A stretch of DNA of 64,000 nucleotides from Candidatus Omnitrophota bacterium (GCA_035292445.1 DATDQB010000001.1:71530-135529), one strand, 5' to 3'; shown: positions 1-10,210, counted from the first letter of the stretch. Program-made: numbers and translations. Notes: generated by a model from the letters alone, not told the origin.

Positions 1-317
1 GGCGGACGCCGCAGATCCTTCAAGAATTTACGAAAGCCCTTTTCTATACCAATGATTGGAACATCATCTGGCTGGTGTTGCTTTTTTCTTTTATCCGCAT
101 CAGGGAGGGATTAAAACGAACTGAAGTTAAAGTCCTCTTGTTTACCGTTATTTCATATTTCGTCCTTTATTATGTCGTCTTCATTGCAACAAGCAACTAT
201 TACTGGATTGTGGGAGAAAAATCCTCGGACGCGTTGTCCCGGCTGGTCCTTCATTTCTTTCCTTTATCTACCCTACTGATCGTTCTTCTTAATTTCCCGG
301 CGACCAAAAAAGATTAG
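1..317 (+). CDS. 5'-truncated CDS: C-terminal fragment of a polytopic membrane protein, possibly a GT-C type glycosyltransferase
   Basis: The frame is open from the window edge, and the track ORF 75..317 merely starts at the first in-frame GTG. The fragment is hydrophobic (VISYFVLYYVVFIATSNYYWIV). It converges on the MT-GT2 gene. Confidence 0.35.
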   Translation, partial: RTPQILQEFTKALFYTNDWNIIWLVLLFSFIRIREGLKRTEVKVLLFTVISYFVLYYVVFIATSNYYWIVGEKSSDALSRLVLHFFPLSTLLIVLLNFPATKKD

Positions 318-1729
318 GAATTCTTATTAACCCTGGCCGGGACAAAGACCAGCTCCCTGAAACCACGCGCACAGGCCTTCAAAAGATGAAGCCCGTGCTT
401 AAACGCCTTCATTTTGGATTCCCCTGCACGACGGTTCTTATAATGAACGGGCACCTCCAGAATTTTATTGCCCATCTTGGCGGCACCGAATATAAGATCG
501 AAATCCCCCCATTTATCCAACCCCATTTGTATATATTGATAATCCTTTTTATATAAAGCCTTCGTGCCGCAGAGGGTGTCGGTCAATGCCTGATTGGTAA
601 GAAAAGACATCAGTAAGGAAAACAATTTGTTCCCCAACTGGTTCAAGAAACGCATGGATTGGCCTTCTTTGGGATAGACCATCCTGGTGCCGTTAACGAA
701 CTGGCAAAGCCCTTTGTTAAGAGGATCAAAGAACCGCGGCAACTCCTCCGGCTCAACGGTCATGTCAGCATCCAAGATCATGATCACCTCTTGAGTGGCC
801 GCATCGAAACCGGACTTCACCGCATAGCCTTTGCCATGATTGGGCGAATAATCAATCAGCCTTAAGTTAGGGTATTCATGTTGCATATCTTTGACCAATG
901 CAGCTGTTTTGTCCCGGCTACCGTCATTAACCACAATGATCTCCGTATACTTTCCCATTTTTGGAATTCTTTTAATAGCTCCGACGATGTTGCCCTCTTC
1001 ATTGTAGCAGGGAATCACCACCGAGCACCCCAAGCCCAAATCCATCGTATTTTTAGCCGTTGGCTGAATGAGCATATAGGAAACGAAAGAAAGCTTATTA
1101 AACCCCCACAACCGAACCCCCAGGCTGTTGGCCAAATAAGATAAAAGCGGGATAAAAATGGGACTAGAAAGCAAATACCCGGTCTGGTTAATCTTAAAAT
1201 CAACCAGCTCCAGGATCTTTCCGATGTTACGCATGTCCAAATAATTTAAAGGCACATCCGGCGCCTTCCACCCGCATTTCTCGGCCAACTTATATAACGG
1301 GTCCCACCACGGGTTGACGTATGTTACAATGACCCTCGTTTGAGGATGACAGAAGCGGTAAATTTTCTCAAAAACCGTCATCACATCATACACATGATGA
1401 ATCAAGTCCGTCATGATGATGAAATCAAACTTCTCATCCGATTCAAAATCTTCAACGGAGGAATGAATAAAGTGAAGGCCGGGAAATTTTTTCTGGGCGA
1501 TCTTGACCATTTCTCGGCTGATATCGATGCCCACGCCGTAAGAGGCTTGCGTAACGGCAAGGATCTCCCCCGTGCCGCAGCCGATTTCCAGCACCCGGCA
1601 CTTGGGCTGGACGCTCTTTTGAATAAACGTCTTAATATTATCGTAATAATAACGGTTTTTACGTTTATACATATCGTATTGAGGGGCAAGCTCATCAAAA
1701 TGATCCTTAACCAAATCCGTTGCCTGCAT
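314..1729 (-). CDS. Bifunctional class I SAM-dependent methyltransferase / family-2 glycosyltransferase (dolichyl/polyprenyl-phosphate sugar synthase-like)
   Basis: The N-terminus carries the SAM-binding motif VLEIGCGTGE. A hydrophobic linker follows. The C-terminus has the GT2 signatures VVIPCYNEEGNI, NDGSRD and ILDADM..PEELPRF. Confidence 0.8.
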   Translation of the reverse strand: MQATDLVKDHFDELAPQYDMYKRKNRYYYDNIKTFIQKSVQPKCRVLEIGCGTGEILAVTQASYGVGIDISREMVKIAQKKFPGLHFIHSSVEDFESDEKFDFIIMTDLIHHVYDVMTVFEKIYRFCHPQTRVIVTYVNPWWDPLYKLAEKCGWKAPDVPLNYLDMRNIGKILELVDFKINQTGYLLSSPIFIPLLSYLANSLGVRLWGFNKLSFVSYMLIQPTAKNTMDLGLGCSVVIPCYNEEGNIVGAIKRIPKMGKYTEIIVVNDGSRDKTAALVKDMQHEYPNLRLIDYSPNHGKGYAVKSGFDAATQEVIMILDADMTVEPEELPRFFDPLNKGLCQFVNGTRMVYPKEGQSMRFLNQLGNKLFSLLMSFLTNQALTDTLCGTKALYKKDYQYIQMGLDKWGDFDLIFGAAKMGNKILEVPVHYKNRRAGESKMKAFKHGLHLLKACARGFRELVFVPARVNKNS

Positions 1730-2523
1730 TAGAAACTCCTTCCTTGTTTACTCAATTGAATCGTATAAAACATCCCCAACCAACGATTAAACGGAATGAG
1801 AATAACCTCGAGTATTTTTATAAAAGAATAAGAAAATGAGGGTAACATCTGTTTCATGGACAGACCGCCACTGATTAAATAACAAAACGGCGTGTGGGCG
1901 CGTATGCTGTCAATGGAGAAACTGCCGAATGTGTCCAAGAAGCGTTGCCGGTCGCGGCAAAAGACGATCCAGGGAAGCGCGCCATTCGCATCCGACATCG
2001 GGCCGCTTCCTTCTATCTGCCAATCCGCTTTCCGGTCAAAATTTTCATGATGAAAATTGGTCCAAATAAATCTTGCCCATAACGTGTTGGCCGGCTCGAT
2101 CATCATGACCCGACCGCCCGGCTTGAGACAACGCTCCAACTCCTTAAGGAACATGCTAGGGTCTTTAATATGGTGAAAAACATCGATCATCAAAAAAGCG
2201 CTGACGCTTTGATCGCCAAAAGGGATGGATTGGCCGGAAAAACAAACGTCGACCTTAGGGATCTGTAAAATATCGCTGGTGACGACGGACGGCAAAACCT
2301 CTTTGATGAACCCGCCGCCGCTTCCCAATTCTACGATAACTTCGCCGCCACTTAAAGGCCCCAGCATTATAGCAAAGCGCCGATAAAAATCCTTATAAAC
2401 CTGGTACAAAAACTTCTTTTGACGGATGATCTGGGCATGGATCAACGTCGCGCCCGGATCATCAAGACTGGAGATACCCTTGGCCTGGGGAAGCCTTAAC
2501 CACTCGATTAATTTATCTTTCAT
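1729..2523 (-). CDS. Class I SAM-dependent methyltransferase
   Basis: Motifs VELGSGGGF (motif I) and LKPGGRVMMIEP (motif post-II) are present. The gene sits between two MT-GT2 paralogs. Confidence 0.75.
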   Translation of the reverse strand: MKDKLIEWLRLPQAKGISSLDDPGATLIHAQIIRQKKFLYQVYKDFYRRFAIMLGPLSGGEVIVELGSGGGFIKEVLPSVVTSDILQIPKVDVCFSGQSIPFGDQSVSAFLMIDVFHHIKDPSMFLKELERCLKPGGRVMMIEPANTLWARFIWTNFHHENFDRKADWQIEGSGPMSDANGALPWIVFCRDRQRFLDTFGSFSIDSIRAHTPFCYLISGGLSMKQMLPSFSYSFIKILEVILIPFNRWLGMFYTIQLSKQGRSF

Positions 2524-2529
2524 AAGATT

Positions 2530-3948
2530 TTAGATGAAACGGATCTTGCGCATGGCGAAAAAAGTCATTTTGATAAGCAGCCACCCATGCTGAAAACGGC
2601 TGATTTGACTCGTGCCGTAAGTCCTGGCTTTATACTGCACCGGTATCTCGATGATCCTCAAATGGAGTTTGGCGGCGCCGAAAAGAAGGTCGAAATCACC
2701 AAAGGGATCGAAATCACCAAAGTAGCTACGGTTAGCGGCGATCTTTTCATAATCTTGCCTCCAAAGGACTTTGGTCCCGCATAGAGTATCTTTTAAATAT
2801 TGGCCGAGCAAATACGTGAGCGCGTTACTGAACAATCGGTTGGCTATCATGTTAAGGAACCGCATCGCTTGGCTTTCCATGCGGTAAACCAACCGGCTGC
2901 CGTTGATGAATTCCCCTTTCCCTTTGACCAACGCATCAAAAAATTTCGGCATATCCTCGGGAGCGGTCGTCAGATCGGCATCCAGGATCATTAACACATC
3001 CCCCTTTGCCAGCGCAAAACCCTCGCGGACCGCATCCCCTTTTCCTTTGCCCTTTTGGACCAACACTTTAATATTTTTGTCCCGATACTTTTGCTGGACC
3101 CTGAGGCACTCTTCATACGTGCCGTCTTTGGAATGGCCCTCCACAAAAATAAACTCTGTCTTGGCACCCATGGCCGGCGTCCTGGCAACAGCCTGTTCGA
3201 TGTTCCCTTTCTCGTTGCGGCAGGGGATCACGACCGAGCAACTGACTTTGGCCGGGTCTTTTCTGGTACCGATGGGCTGAAAGATCAAAATATGATTGAA
3301 CGCCAAACTCCTGAAAAACGGCAAATGTACGATGTATTTGTTGAAAAGTGTTGAAAGAAACGGTATGTAAATCGGGAAAAGAAAATGATGGGTGATGGTA
3401 ACAACACGAAAATCGCTTAACTGAAGAAGGTTTTTTAAATCTTTGGTGGAGAGCCAGTGCTGTTCCGGCCATTTCATGCGTAGCCCCAATATTTCAGCCA
3501 ACTTCAAAACAGGGCGCCACAAATGGCTATGGTAGATCAGGATCACTTTTGTTTCAGGCCGGCAGACGGTGTGGATCTGATCGAAGGCCGCTTGAAGGTC
3601 ATCGGCGTAACCGATAATGTTATTGATCAAAACGTAATCGAATGTTTCATTGATAGAAAGCTGGTCGATTTGACCGACGTGGAAATCCAGGAAAGGGAAT
3701 TTTTTCTTGGCCAGCTCAACGGTGTGTTGGCTGAAATCAATACCCACGCCGCGTTTTGGGTCCAAGGCGGCGAGCTGCTCTCCGGTATGACAGCCGATCT
3801 CTAAAACGTTCGCTTGGGAAGGGATAAGAAACCGGACGTAGTTCCTTAAATGACGGTGGTAATACTCATTCTTGCGTATGAACTCTTCTCTCGATAAATC
3901 AACGGCCTCAAAATCGATACGCACCTTATTATGCGTTTGGGTATCCAT
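2530..3948 (-). CDS. Bifunctional SAM methyltransferase / GT2 glycosyltransferase, paralog of 314..1729
   Basis: Motifs VLEIGCHTGE, VVIPCRNEKGNI and ILDADLTTAPEDMPKFF are present. The architecture and length (472 aa) match the first paralog. Confidence 0.8.
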   Translation of the reverse strand: MDTQTHNKVRIDFEAVDLSREEFIRKNEYYHRHLRNYVRFLIPSQANVLEIGCHTGEQLAALDPKRGVGIDFSQHTVELAKKKFPFLDFHVGQIDQLSINETFDYVLINNIIGYADDLQAAFDQIHTVCRPETKVILIYHSHLWRPVLKLAEILGLRMKWPEQHWLSTKDLKNLLQLSDFRVVTITHHFLFPIYIPFLSTLFNKYIVHLPFFRSLAFNHILIFQPIGTRKDPAKVSCSVVIPCRNEKGNIEQAVARTPAMGAKTEFIFVEGHSKDGTYEECLRVQQKYRDKNIKVLVQKGKGKGDAVREGFALAKGDVLMILDADLTTAPEDMPKFFDALVKGKGEFINGSRLVYRMESQAMRFLNMIANRLFSNALTYLLGQYLKDTLCGTKVLWRQDYEKIAANRSYFGDFDPFGDFDLLFGAAKLHLRIIEIPVQYKARTYGTSQISRFQHGWLLIKMTFFAMRKIRFI

Positions 3949-3959
3949 GCGTATCCCAA

Positions 3960-4742
3960 TTATCTTCGGTCACGTAATTTGGACAACAAGCGTAATATCT
4001 CGATATACAGCCAAACTAACGTCACGATAAGGCCGAAGGCGGCGTACCATTCCATGTAACGCGGCAGCCCCATCTGGGATCCGTGTTCAATGAAATCAAA
4101 GTCTAATACCAGATTTAATGCCGCGATCGTAACAACGACCAGGCTAAAACCGATTCCCCAAGGGCCGCTGTCATGGATGAACGGCATGGACGCACCGAAA
4201 AAGCTCATGACCCAGCTGACCAAATAAATAAGGCATATGGCACCGGTCGCTGCCACGATGCCCAATTTAAAATTTTCCGTGGCTTTAACCATGCCTGATT
4301 TATACGCCATCAGAAGGCAAAAAAGCGTGCCGAAGGTCAAGGCGATCGCCTGAACGACGATCCCCGGATAGTTCAGTTCAAAAATGGCTGAAATCCCGCC
4401 GATAAAAAGCCCCTCGCACAGCGCATAAACGGGCGCTGTCACCGGCGACCAGGCTTTCTTGAAGATCGTCACCAGCCCAGCCACAAATCCCAGCACCAGG
4501 CCAAACATCATTAAGGGAGCGAACGTCTGGGAAATTTGCGTGGCTGGGCCTTCCAACCCTTCCATTAAGGGCGCCGGCTGCATCAGCTTGTTCCACACCC
4601 AGCTGGCTGAAATAACCAAAAGAATCAGTAAAACGAATGTCTTATTGATAGTACCCTGAAGGGTCATCGTCGCCCCGGCACCGAAGCTTCCGATTTGGGA
4701 AAACGTTTTTTCGTTTAAAGCAGGGTTTGCTGTTCTCATCAT
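3960..4742 (-). CDS. Bax inhibitor-1/YccA-family membrane protein (putative)
   Basis: About seven predicted TM helices, a short cytoplasmic N-terminus and a basic C-terminus (KLRDRR) typical of the BI-1/YccA family. This is a weak motif-level assignment. Confidence 0.5.
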   Translation of the reverse strand: MMRTANPALNEKTFSQIGSFGAGATMTLQGTINKTFVLLILLVISASWVWNKLMQPAPLMEGLEGPATQISQTFAPLMMFGLVLGFVAGLVTIFKKAWSPVTAPVYALCEGLFIGGISAIFELNYPGIVVQAIALTFGTLFCLLMAYKSGMVKATENFKLGIVAATGAICLIYLVSWVMSFFGASMPFIHDSGPWGIGFSLVVVTIAALNLVLDFDFIEHGSQMGLPRYMEWYAAFGLIVTLVWLYIEILRLLSKLRDRR

Positions 4743-4781
4743 GATTCCTTACCTCCTATGAATTTTTCTTTATTATACATT

Positions 4782-5228
4782 CTAAAACAACCCTACCGCA
4801 ATATGCATGATAATATTTGTATAAATGCCAGCCATGAGGTCATCCGCCATAATACCCAAACTGCCTTTAAGATTCTCCAGTCTTTTGATCGGATAGATCT
4901 TCGTGATATCAAACAGACGGAAAAGGACAAAAGCCCCTATCAAAACCGATGGTTGGGGCGGCAGAAGAAAACATGCCAACAACATGCCGGCAACCTCGTC
5001 AATGACCACCTCAGGCGGATCCCGGCGTTTGAGGACCCCTTCGGCCGGTTCGCTGATGATAAGCCCTAAAAGAACAAGGCCAACCAATACAAGTAAATAC
5101 AACGGAAAAACAGGCTGCAGGATGAGATAAATAAGAACGCCAACTGCACTGGCAACGGTCCCGGGAGCATAAGGGACACTACCGACATAAAAAAATGTAG
5201 CTATAAGTTTGATCAGTTTATCGGACAC
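4782..5228 (-). CDS. pgpA: Phosphatidylglycerophosphatase A
   Basis: N-terminus LIATFFYVGSVPYAPGTVASAVG, about 148 aa, immediately downstream of pgsA. Confidence 0.8.
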   Translation of the reverse strand: MSDKLIKLIATFFYVGSVPYAPGTVASAVGVLIYLILQPVFPLYLLVLVGLVLLGLIISEPAEGVLKRRDPPEVVIDEVAGMLLACFLLPPQPSVLIGAFVLFRLFDITKIYPIKRLENLKGSLGIMADDLMAGIYTNIIMHIAVGLF

Positions 5229-5793
5229 GGCTGAGCTTTCGATGGTTCTTTAAAAAATCCAGGCCGGAAATAACAGTCAAGAGGACGGCTACCCACATCA
5301 AGATCGCAACACCCATTTGCCAATACTGCCAAGTCTGGTGGGACCAGCCCGTTGTCTGCGCCGCGTCTTTAAGTATCATGTAAATTAAGATGACAGAAAT
5401 AACGGTCGTTTGGGAAACCGTCTTGATTTTACCCAAATTCTCCGCGGCGAGGACTTCTCCTTTTTTAATGGCATATAACCTGACCAGCGTAACCAGTACT
5501 TCCCGGAAACAAATGACCCAAAACATCCAGGCGGCGATCAACCGCAATATCATAAAAATGTAAAAAGCTGACAGCATCAGGAACTTATCGGCAATCGGGT
5601 CCATGATCTTACCGAAATCCGTAATGAGATTCCTTTTCTTGGCGATATAACCGTCCAAAATGTCTGTAAAGGAGGCCAATATAAATATCATGGTCGCAGC
5701 CAGACGCGCCGCTACTCCTTCCTGCAGAAGAAAGGCAATAAACACGACGGTAAGAAGCATTCGGGAAAGCGTTAATAGATTGGGAAAATTCAT
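5218..5793 (-). CDS. pgsA: CDP-diacylglycerol--glycerol-3-phosphate 3-phosphatidyltransferase
   Basis: CDP-alcohol phosphatidyltransferase motif DILDGYIAKK...DPIADK is present. N-terminus reads NLLTLSRM. Confidence 0.85.
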   Translation of the reverse strand: MNFPNLLTLSRMLLTVVFIAFLLQEGVAARLAATMIFILASFTDILDGYIAKKRNLITDFGKIMDPIADKFLMLSAFYIFMILRLIAAWMFWVICFREVLVTLVRLYAIKKGEVLAAENLGKIKTVSQTTVISVILIYMILKDAAQTTGWSHQTWQYWQMGVAILMWVAVLLTVISGLDFLKNHRKLSRVR

Positions 5794-7103
5794 ATGACCT
5801 CTCCGGACAAATCATATTCATAGGCATCATTGATCTGGACAGAAACGAAATCGCCGGGCTTAAGTTTTCTCGATGAATGGACATAAACGATGCCGTCAAC
5901 ATCGGGGGCGTCATATTCGCTGCGGCCCAGATAAATGCCTTTTGTCTGGTGTTGGACCTCATCGATCAAGACTTTCAGTGTGCGTCCCACGTAAGATGCT
6001 TGAATGTCGCGGGAAATATCCTGTTGCACGCGCATTAATTCATCCAGCCTCTGTTTCTTGATCCGGTTAGGCACCTGATCCGGCATGCCATAGGCGGCCG
6101 TCCCCTCTTCACGCGAATAGATAAAAACGCCCAGCTTTTCAAACCGCGTTTGCTTGACAAAATCGGTCAGCTCCTTGAAGTCCTCCTCCCCCTCACCAGG
6201 CAAGCCGACGATAAACGTCGTCCTTAAACTCCCTGCCGGTATTTTATCATGGAACTTTCTCATCAGCTCCTTGGTCTGCTGGGTGGTGATGTTGCGGTTC
6301 ATGCTCAGTAAAAGATGGTCGCTGATATGCTGCAGCGGAATATCGATGTATTTGCAAATTTTCTCTTCCCCGGCCATGACCTCGATCAATTCATCCGTCA
6401 CGTGGGCCGGAAAGGCGTACAAAAGCCGGATCCATTCGATAGAATGACAGTCCCGGGAAATTTTTCTCAGCAGCTTTGCCAAACTTAACTCATGATAAAG
6501 GTCCATCCCGTAAGCGGTAATGTCCTGCCCGATCAAATTGATCTCCTTGACGCCCTTCTCATCCAATCGTTGGACTTCCTCCTGAATGGACTCCATCGTC
6601 CTGGAAACGAACTTGCCCTTTATTTTCGGAATAATGCAAAAACTGCAACGGTTATAGCAGCTTTCGGAGATCTTGACGTAGGCGGTGTGCGGGGCTGTCA
6701 ACGAAACGCTGCTGGGGATGGAATTCTTGTCCAGCTGCTGCGTTCCGATGATCGCATCGATGTCCTTGAATTCTTTTTTAAGCTCCTGTGCGTAGCGCTG
6801 GGCCAGGCAGCCGGCCACGATCACTTTCTTGATCTTTCCCTCTTTTTTCGCTTCCAGCAGATCCATGATGGTATCAAGGGATTCCTGCTTGGCCTCCTCG
6901 ATGAAAGCGCACGTATTGACGAAAACGATGTCGGATTGCTCCACATCGACAATACGGTGCCCCTGGCGTTTGAGGTTGGAGAGGATGGTTTGCGAATCGA
7001 CCACATTACGGGCACAGCCCAGGTTGATGACACCCACCTTTGGGCCGATGGAAACACGCTGCTTGTGAAAATCCTTCGTTGTTTGAGGATGGTTCTTTAT
7101 CAT
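5790..7103 (-). CDS. rimO: Ribosomal protein S12 methylthiotransferase RimO (MiaB-family radical SAM)
   Basis: N-terminal MTTase cysteines (GCARN...NTCAF...GCLAQR), a radical-SAM CYNRCSFC box and a C-terminal TRAM domain. Length 437 aa. Confidence 0.8.
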   Translation of the reverse strand: MIKNHPQTTKDFHKQRVSIGPKVGVINLGCARNVVDSQTILSNLKRQGHRIVDVEQSDIVFVNTCAFIEEAKQESLDTIMDLLEAKKEGKIKKVIVAGCLAQRYAQELKKEFKDIDAIIGTQQLDKNSIPSSVSLTAPHTAYVKISESCYNRCSFCIIPKIKGKFVSRTMESIQEEVQRLDEKGVKEINLIGQDITAYGMDLYHELSLAKLLRKISRDCHSIEWIRLLYAFPAHVTDELIEVMAGEEKICKYIDIPLQHISDHLLLSMNRNITTQQTKELMRKFHDKIPAGSLRTTFIVGLPGEGEEDFKELTDFVKQTRFEKLGVFIYSREEGTAAYGMPDQVPNRIKKQRLDELMRVQQDISRDIQASYVGRTLKVLIDEVQHQTKGIYLGRSEYDAPDVDGIVYVHSSRKLKPGDFVSVQINDAYEYDLSGEVI

Positions 7104-7104
7104 T

Positions 7105-7980
7105 TTATTTGGTGACGGAAAGGCCTTCTTGGGTCACCAGGAGGCCCTTAGCCCCTCGGGAAGAACGGCCCAGCGAACCGATCAATTTTCCGTTTAACTC
7201 AAATTCCAACTGGGTGATGTTGCGGCCCGTAATTTCGATCTCATTATCCGCCTCCCATGTTTCGGCTTCGCCGGCATTTAACGTCGATTGAAAAACGACC
7301 ACGCCGTCGGATTTAACGCGCAGCCAACTGCTCTTTTTGGCCCGCACCGTTAAGACAACGTTCTTGCCGATGGAAGCGGCCTGCGTTGTTTGAGATTCCC
7401 CGACAGCTTCGACAACGGCTACGACCGAGGCGGCGGATTCTTTGGCTCTCTTATTTTCTTTGACCGCAGATGATACGGGGGGCATTAGCTCCTCAATAGC
7501 CGTTTCCTCAACTTGAGAGCTGGGGGGTTCTTTCTCGGCAGGTTTATGGGACATGAGAAAACCTATGATCTTAAATAACATGAATAACGCCGCCAGAGCA
7601 GCCATAACATACAAGATCTGCCGCTTTCTTTGTTTGGTGAAAATTTTATCCAACCCTTCCCCCAGATCAAAATCAAATACCGGTTCACGTTCGATATGCC
7701 TAGGAAGCATCTCTTTTTTATAATCGTCCAGCACTTGTGCCAGATCGACATCCAAATAGTTGGCATAAATTTTCATAAAACTTCGGTAATAAAAAGTGGA
7801 GAGATTGCGGACCTTATACCCTTCCTCGATGCCGCGCAAGGCATCCATGGGGATCTTGGTCGCTTCATGGACCGTTTGCAAGGACAGCCCTTTTTCTTCC
7901 CGGGCCGCTTTTAATATCTTCCCCTTGGGCGTGGGCTGGTCTTGAAGGGCCTGGGCATTTTCTGTTCGGGGATCACTCAT
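7105..7980 (-). CDS. rodZ: RodZ-like cytoskeletal protein (HTH-XRE, TM, C-terminal DUF4115)
   Basis: N-terminal HTH LKAAREEKGLSLQTVHEATKIPMDALRGIEEG, a central TM helix and a C-terminal beta domain. Confidence 0.6.
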   Translation of the reverse strand: MSDPRTENAQALQDQPTPKGKILKAAREEKGLSLQTVHEATKIPMDALRGIEEGYKVRNLSTFYYRSFMKIYANYLDVDLAQVLDDYKKEMLPRHIEREPVFDFDLGEGLDKIFTKQRKRQILYVMAALAALFMLFKIIGFLMSHKPAEKEPPSSQVEETAIEELMPPVSSAVKENKRAKESAASVVAVVEAVGESQTTQAASIGKNVVLTVRAKKSSWLRVKSDGVVVFQSTLNAGEAETWEADNEIEITGRNITQLEFELNGKLIGSLGRSSRGAKGLLVTQEGLSVTK

Positions 7981-10210
7981 TGGGTTTATTTTCCTGTCCC
8001 TTCTTCATATTCTCCAGAAGCCATTGCTCCCGATCGACCAAAATGTCCCGAGGCTTACTGCCGACATAAGGGCCCACAAGGCCGTTTTGCTCCATCATAT
8101 CGATGAGCCTCGCCGCCCTTGTGTATCCCAACCGCAGCCTTCGTTGCAAGATGGAAACGGAGGCTTGATTCGTCTCGATCACCAAACGCACGGCTTCATC
8201 GTAAAACTCATCCTGCTGCTGGGGAGAGCCGATAGCTCCGGTTTTTTGCTGTTCTAAGATGGCTTCATTGTAACTGGGCGCCTGTTGGTTCTTAATGAAA
8301 GAGATGACGCGGCCGATTTCCTCATCACTGACCAAATTGCTCTGGCCACGGATAGGCTTGGCATCCCCGGGCTTGAGAAAGAGCATATCGCCTTTACCCA
8401 AAAGCGTCTCAGCGCCGTTCATATCCAATACCGTACGGCTGTCAACTTTGGAGGCCACCTTAAAGGAAATGCGTGCCGGGAAATTTGCTTTAATGACGCC
8501 CGTGATGACATTAACCGACGGCCGTTGCGTGGCCAGAATCAGATGGATACCGACCGCCCGGGATAATTGGGCGAGCCGTGTAATCGCGCTTTCTACACCT
8601 TTTGCGGCGACCTGCATCAAATCCGCCAACTCATCAATAAGAACAATAATATAAGGCATGCGATGGCCTTTTTCGTTATAGGAGCTTATATTTCGGGTAC
8701 CGGCGTTGGAGAGCTTCTTATAACGGTTCTCCATTTCCCCGACAACCCAATTGAGAACAGCTGAAGCCCTCTTGGTATCTGTTACCGTTGGGCATAAAAG
8801 ATGCGGAATATCATTATATTGGGCCATCTCGACCATCTTGGGATCGACTATGACCAGTTTTACCTCATCGGGTGCGGCGCTCATCAAAAGAGACATGATA
8901 AGCCCGTTCACACAAACCGTTTTACCCGATCCGGTCGTTCCCGCGATCAGAAGGTGCGGCATATCCGCCAAATCCGCCACAATTGGTTTACCGGCCGTAT
9001 CTTTTCCCAAAGCCAGCATAATCTTAGAATTGGAAGAACGAAACTCCTGGCTCATCAATACTTCTTTAAGATACACCATGGCCGAGGCGCTGTTGGGGAC
9101 TTCAATGCCCACTCTGTTCTTGCCCGGGATGGGCGCAACAACACGCACCGTTGCGGCCTTCATGGCAAGCGCGATATCATCCTGAAGGGTGGTGAATTTT
9201 TGGACCTTGACGCCGGGGGCTGGCTCCAATTCATACCGCGTAATCGCCGGGCCGCGCTCGATATCGGCGACCCTGGCGCTAACGCCGAAATCGGCCAACG
9301 TCTGTTCCAAAAGCCGCGCGCCGCTCATGAGATCGCTTTGTAACTTGTTGGTTGAAATGGCCGGAGGATCATTAAGAAGGTCCAGCGCAGGTAATGTGTA
9401 GGTTCCGATCACCGCAGGCTCCTCTTCCTCGAAATCCTGAACCTGCGTAACAGGCTCGGCGATCTTGATCTTGGGTTTCTTCGCTTTCTCTTTCAACTCT
9501 TCATCCGGCGCTTTTTTTCCATTCTTTTCGGTCTCTTCTCTTTTCCCGTTTTTCAAAACAGCTTCCTTGGCGGCAACATTATTTTTGGACATAACCGGTT
9601 GTCCCCAATTAATATGAGGACGAATCAAGGGTGATTTGATCTTTGCTTCTTTACCGAATTTTTCTTTGAGGTCGGGAAAAAACAGCCTGATCTTCTCAAA
9701 AAACTCCATAAATATCGGCGTGACCAAAAACTCTCCCGTCAGAATAAGCGCCATCATGCCCACCGACAATAACATAATATAACTGCCGAATTCTCCCAAA
9801 TATTTGACAAGAAAATTCGATAACAGCACCCCCACCAAGCCGGAGAGTTCAAAACGGTGTACCGCCTCCGGATTACCTATCATGCTCAACAAAGCGCTAA
9901 TTATGCAGATGAGGACGACGGAGCTGATCAATTTTGGCCAGGTAAATCGGATGTCCCTTGAGGCGAATTTGTTCCAGCTCCAGAAGAAAAGAAACACGAC
10001 CAGCGCATAGGCACTGCGACCAAAAATAAACAGCAACACCCCCGCGAGATAGGCGCCACTGATGCGGATCAGATTCTTAGCCGGAATATTGGGGGAGGAT
10101 GTGTACCAGGGAAGGTCTCCGGGAACGAATGAAATCAGGCTCGCAAGAAGAATCATCCCAGCGGCCAGAACGATGATCGCCTTGATTTCATTAATATGTT
10201 CTTGTTTCAT
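7973..10210 (-). CDS. ftsK: DNA translocase FtsK/SpoIIIE
   Basis: N-terminal TM helices, a Lys/Glu-rich linker, the Walker A motif GTTGSGKTVCVN and a C-terminal gamma winged-helix domain. Confidence 0.9.
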   Translation of the reverse strand: MKQEHINEIKAIIVLAAGMILLASLISFVPGDLPWYTSSPNIPAKNLIRISGAYLAGVLLFIFGRSAYALVVFLFFWSWNKFASRDIRFTWPKLISSVVLICIISALLSMIGNPEAVHRFELSGLVGVLLSNFLVKYLGEFGSYIMLLSVGMMALILTGEFLVTPIFMEFFEKIRLFFPDLKEKFGKEAKIKSPLIRPHINWGQPVMSKNNVAAKEAVLKNGKREETEKNGKKAPDEELKEKAKKPKIKIAEPVTQVQDFEEEEPAVIGTYTLPALDLLNDPPAISTNKLQSDLMSGARLLEQTLADFGVSARVADIERGPAITRYELEPAPGVKVQKFTTLQDDIALAMKAATVRVVAPIPGKNRVGIEVPNSASAMVYLKEVLMSQEFRSSNSKIMLALGKDTAGKPIVADLADMPHLLIAGTTGSGKTVCVNGLIMSLLMSAAPDEVKLVIVDPKMVEMAQYNDIPHLLCPTVTDTKRASAVLNWVVGEMENRYKKLSNAGTRNISSYNEKGHRMPYIIVLIDELADLMQVAAKGVESAITRLAQLSRAVGIHLILATQRPSVNVITGVIKANFPARISFKVASKVDSRTVLDMNGAETLLGKGDMLFLKPGDAKPIRGQSNLVSDEEIGRVISFIKNQQAPSYNEAILEQQKTGAIGSPQQQDEFYDEAVRLVIETNQASVSILQRRLRLGYTRAARLIDMMEQNGLVGPYVGSKPRDILVDREQWLLENMKKGQENKPNE

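Noticed and set aside
75-317. Track ORF presented as an 80-aa gene starting at GTG 75
   Set aside because: The frame is open to the first base of the window with hydrophobic continuity. It is the 3' end of a larger gene, not a complete small ORF.
6492-7115. 207-aa plus-strand ORF antisense to rimO, and similar antisense ORFs (17046..17540 in the ParA gene, 35438..36034 in tatD/dtd, 45012..45416 in hisS, 49768..51092 in guaA)
   Set aside because: All lie opposite genes with unambiguous conserved motifs and show none themselves. This is typical antisense open frames in ~50% GC coding DNA.
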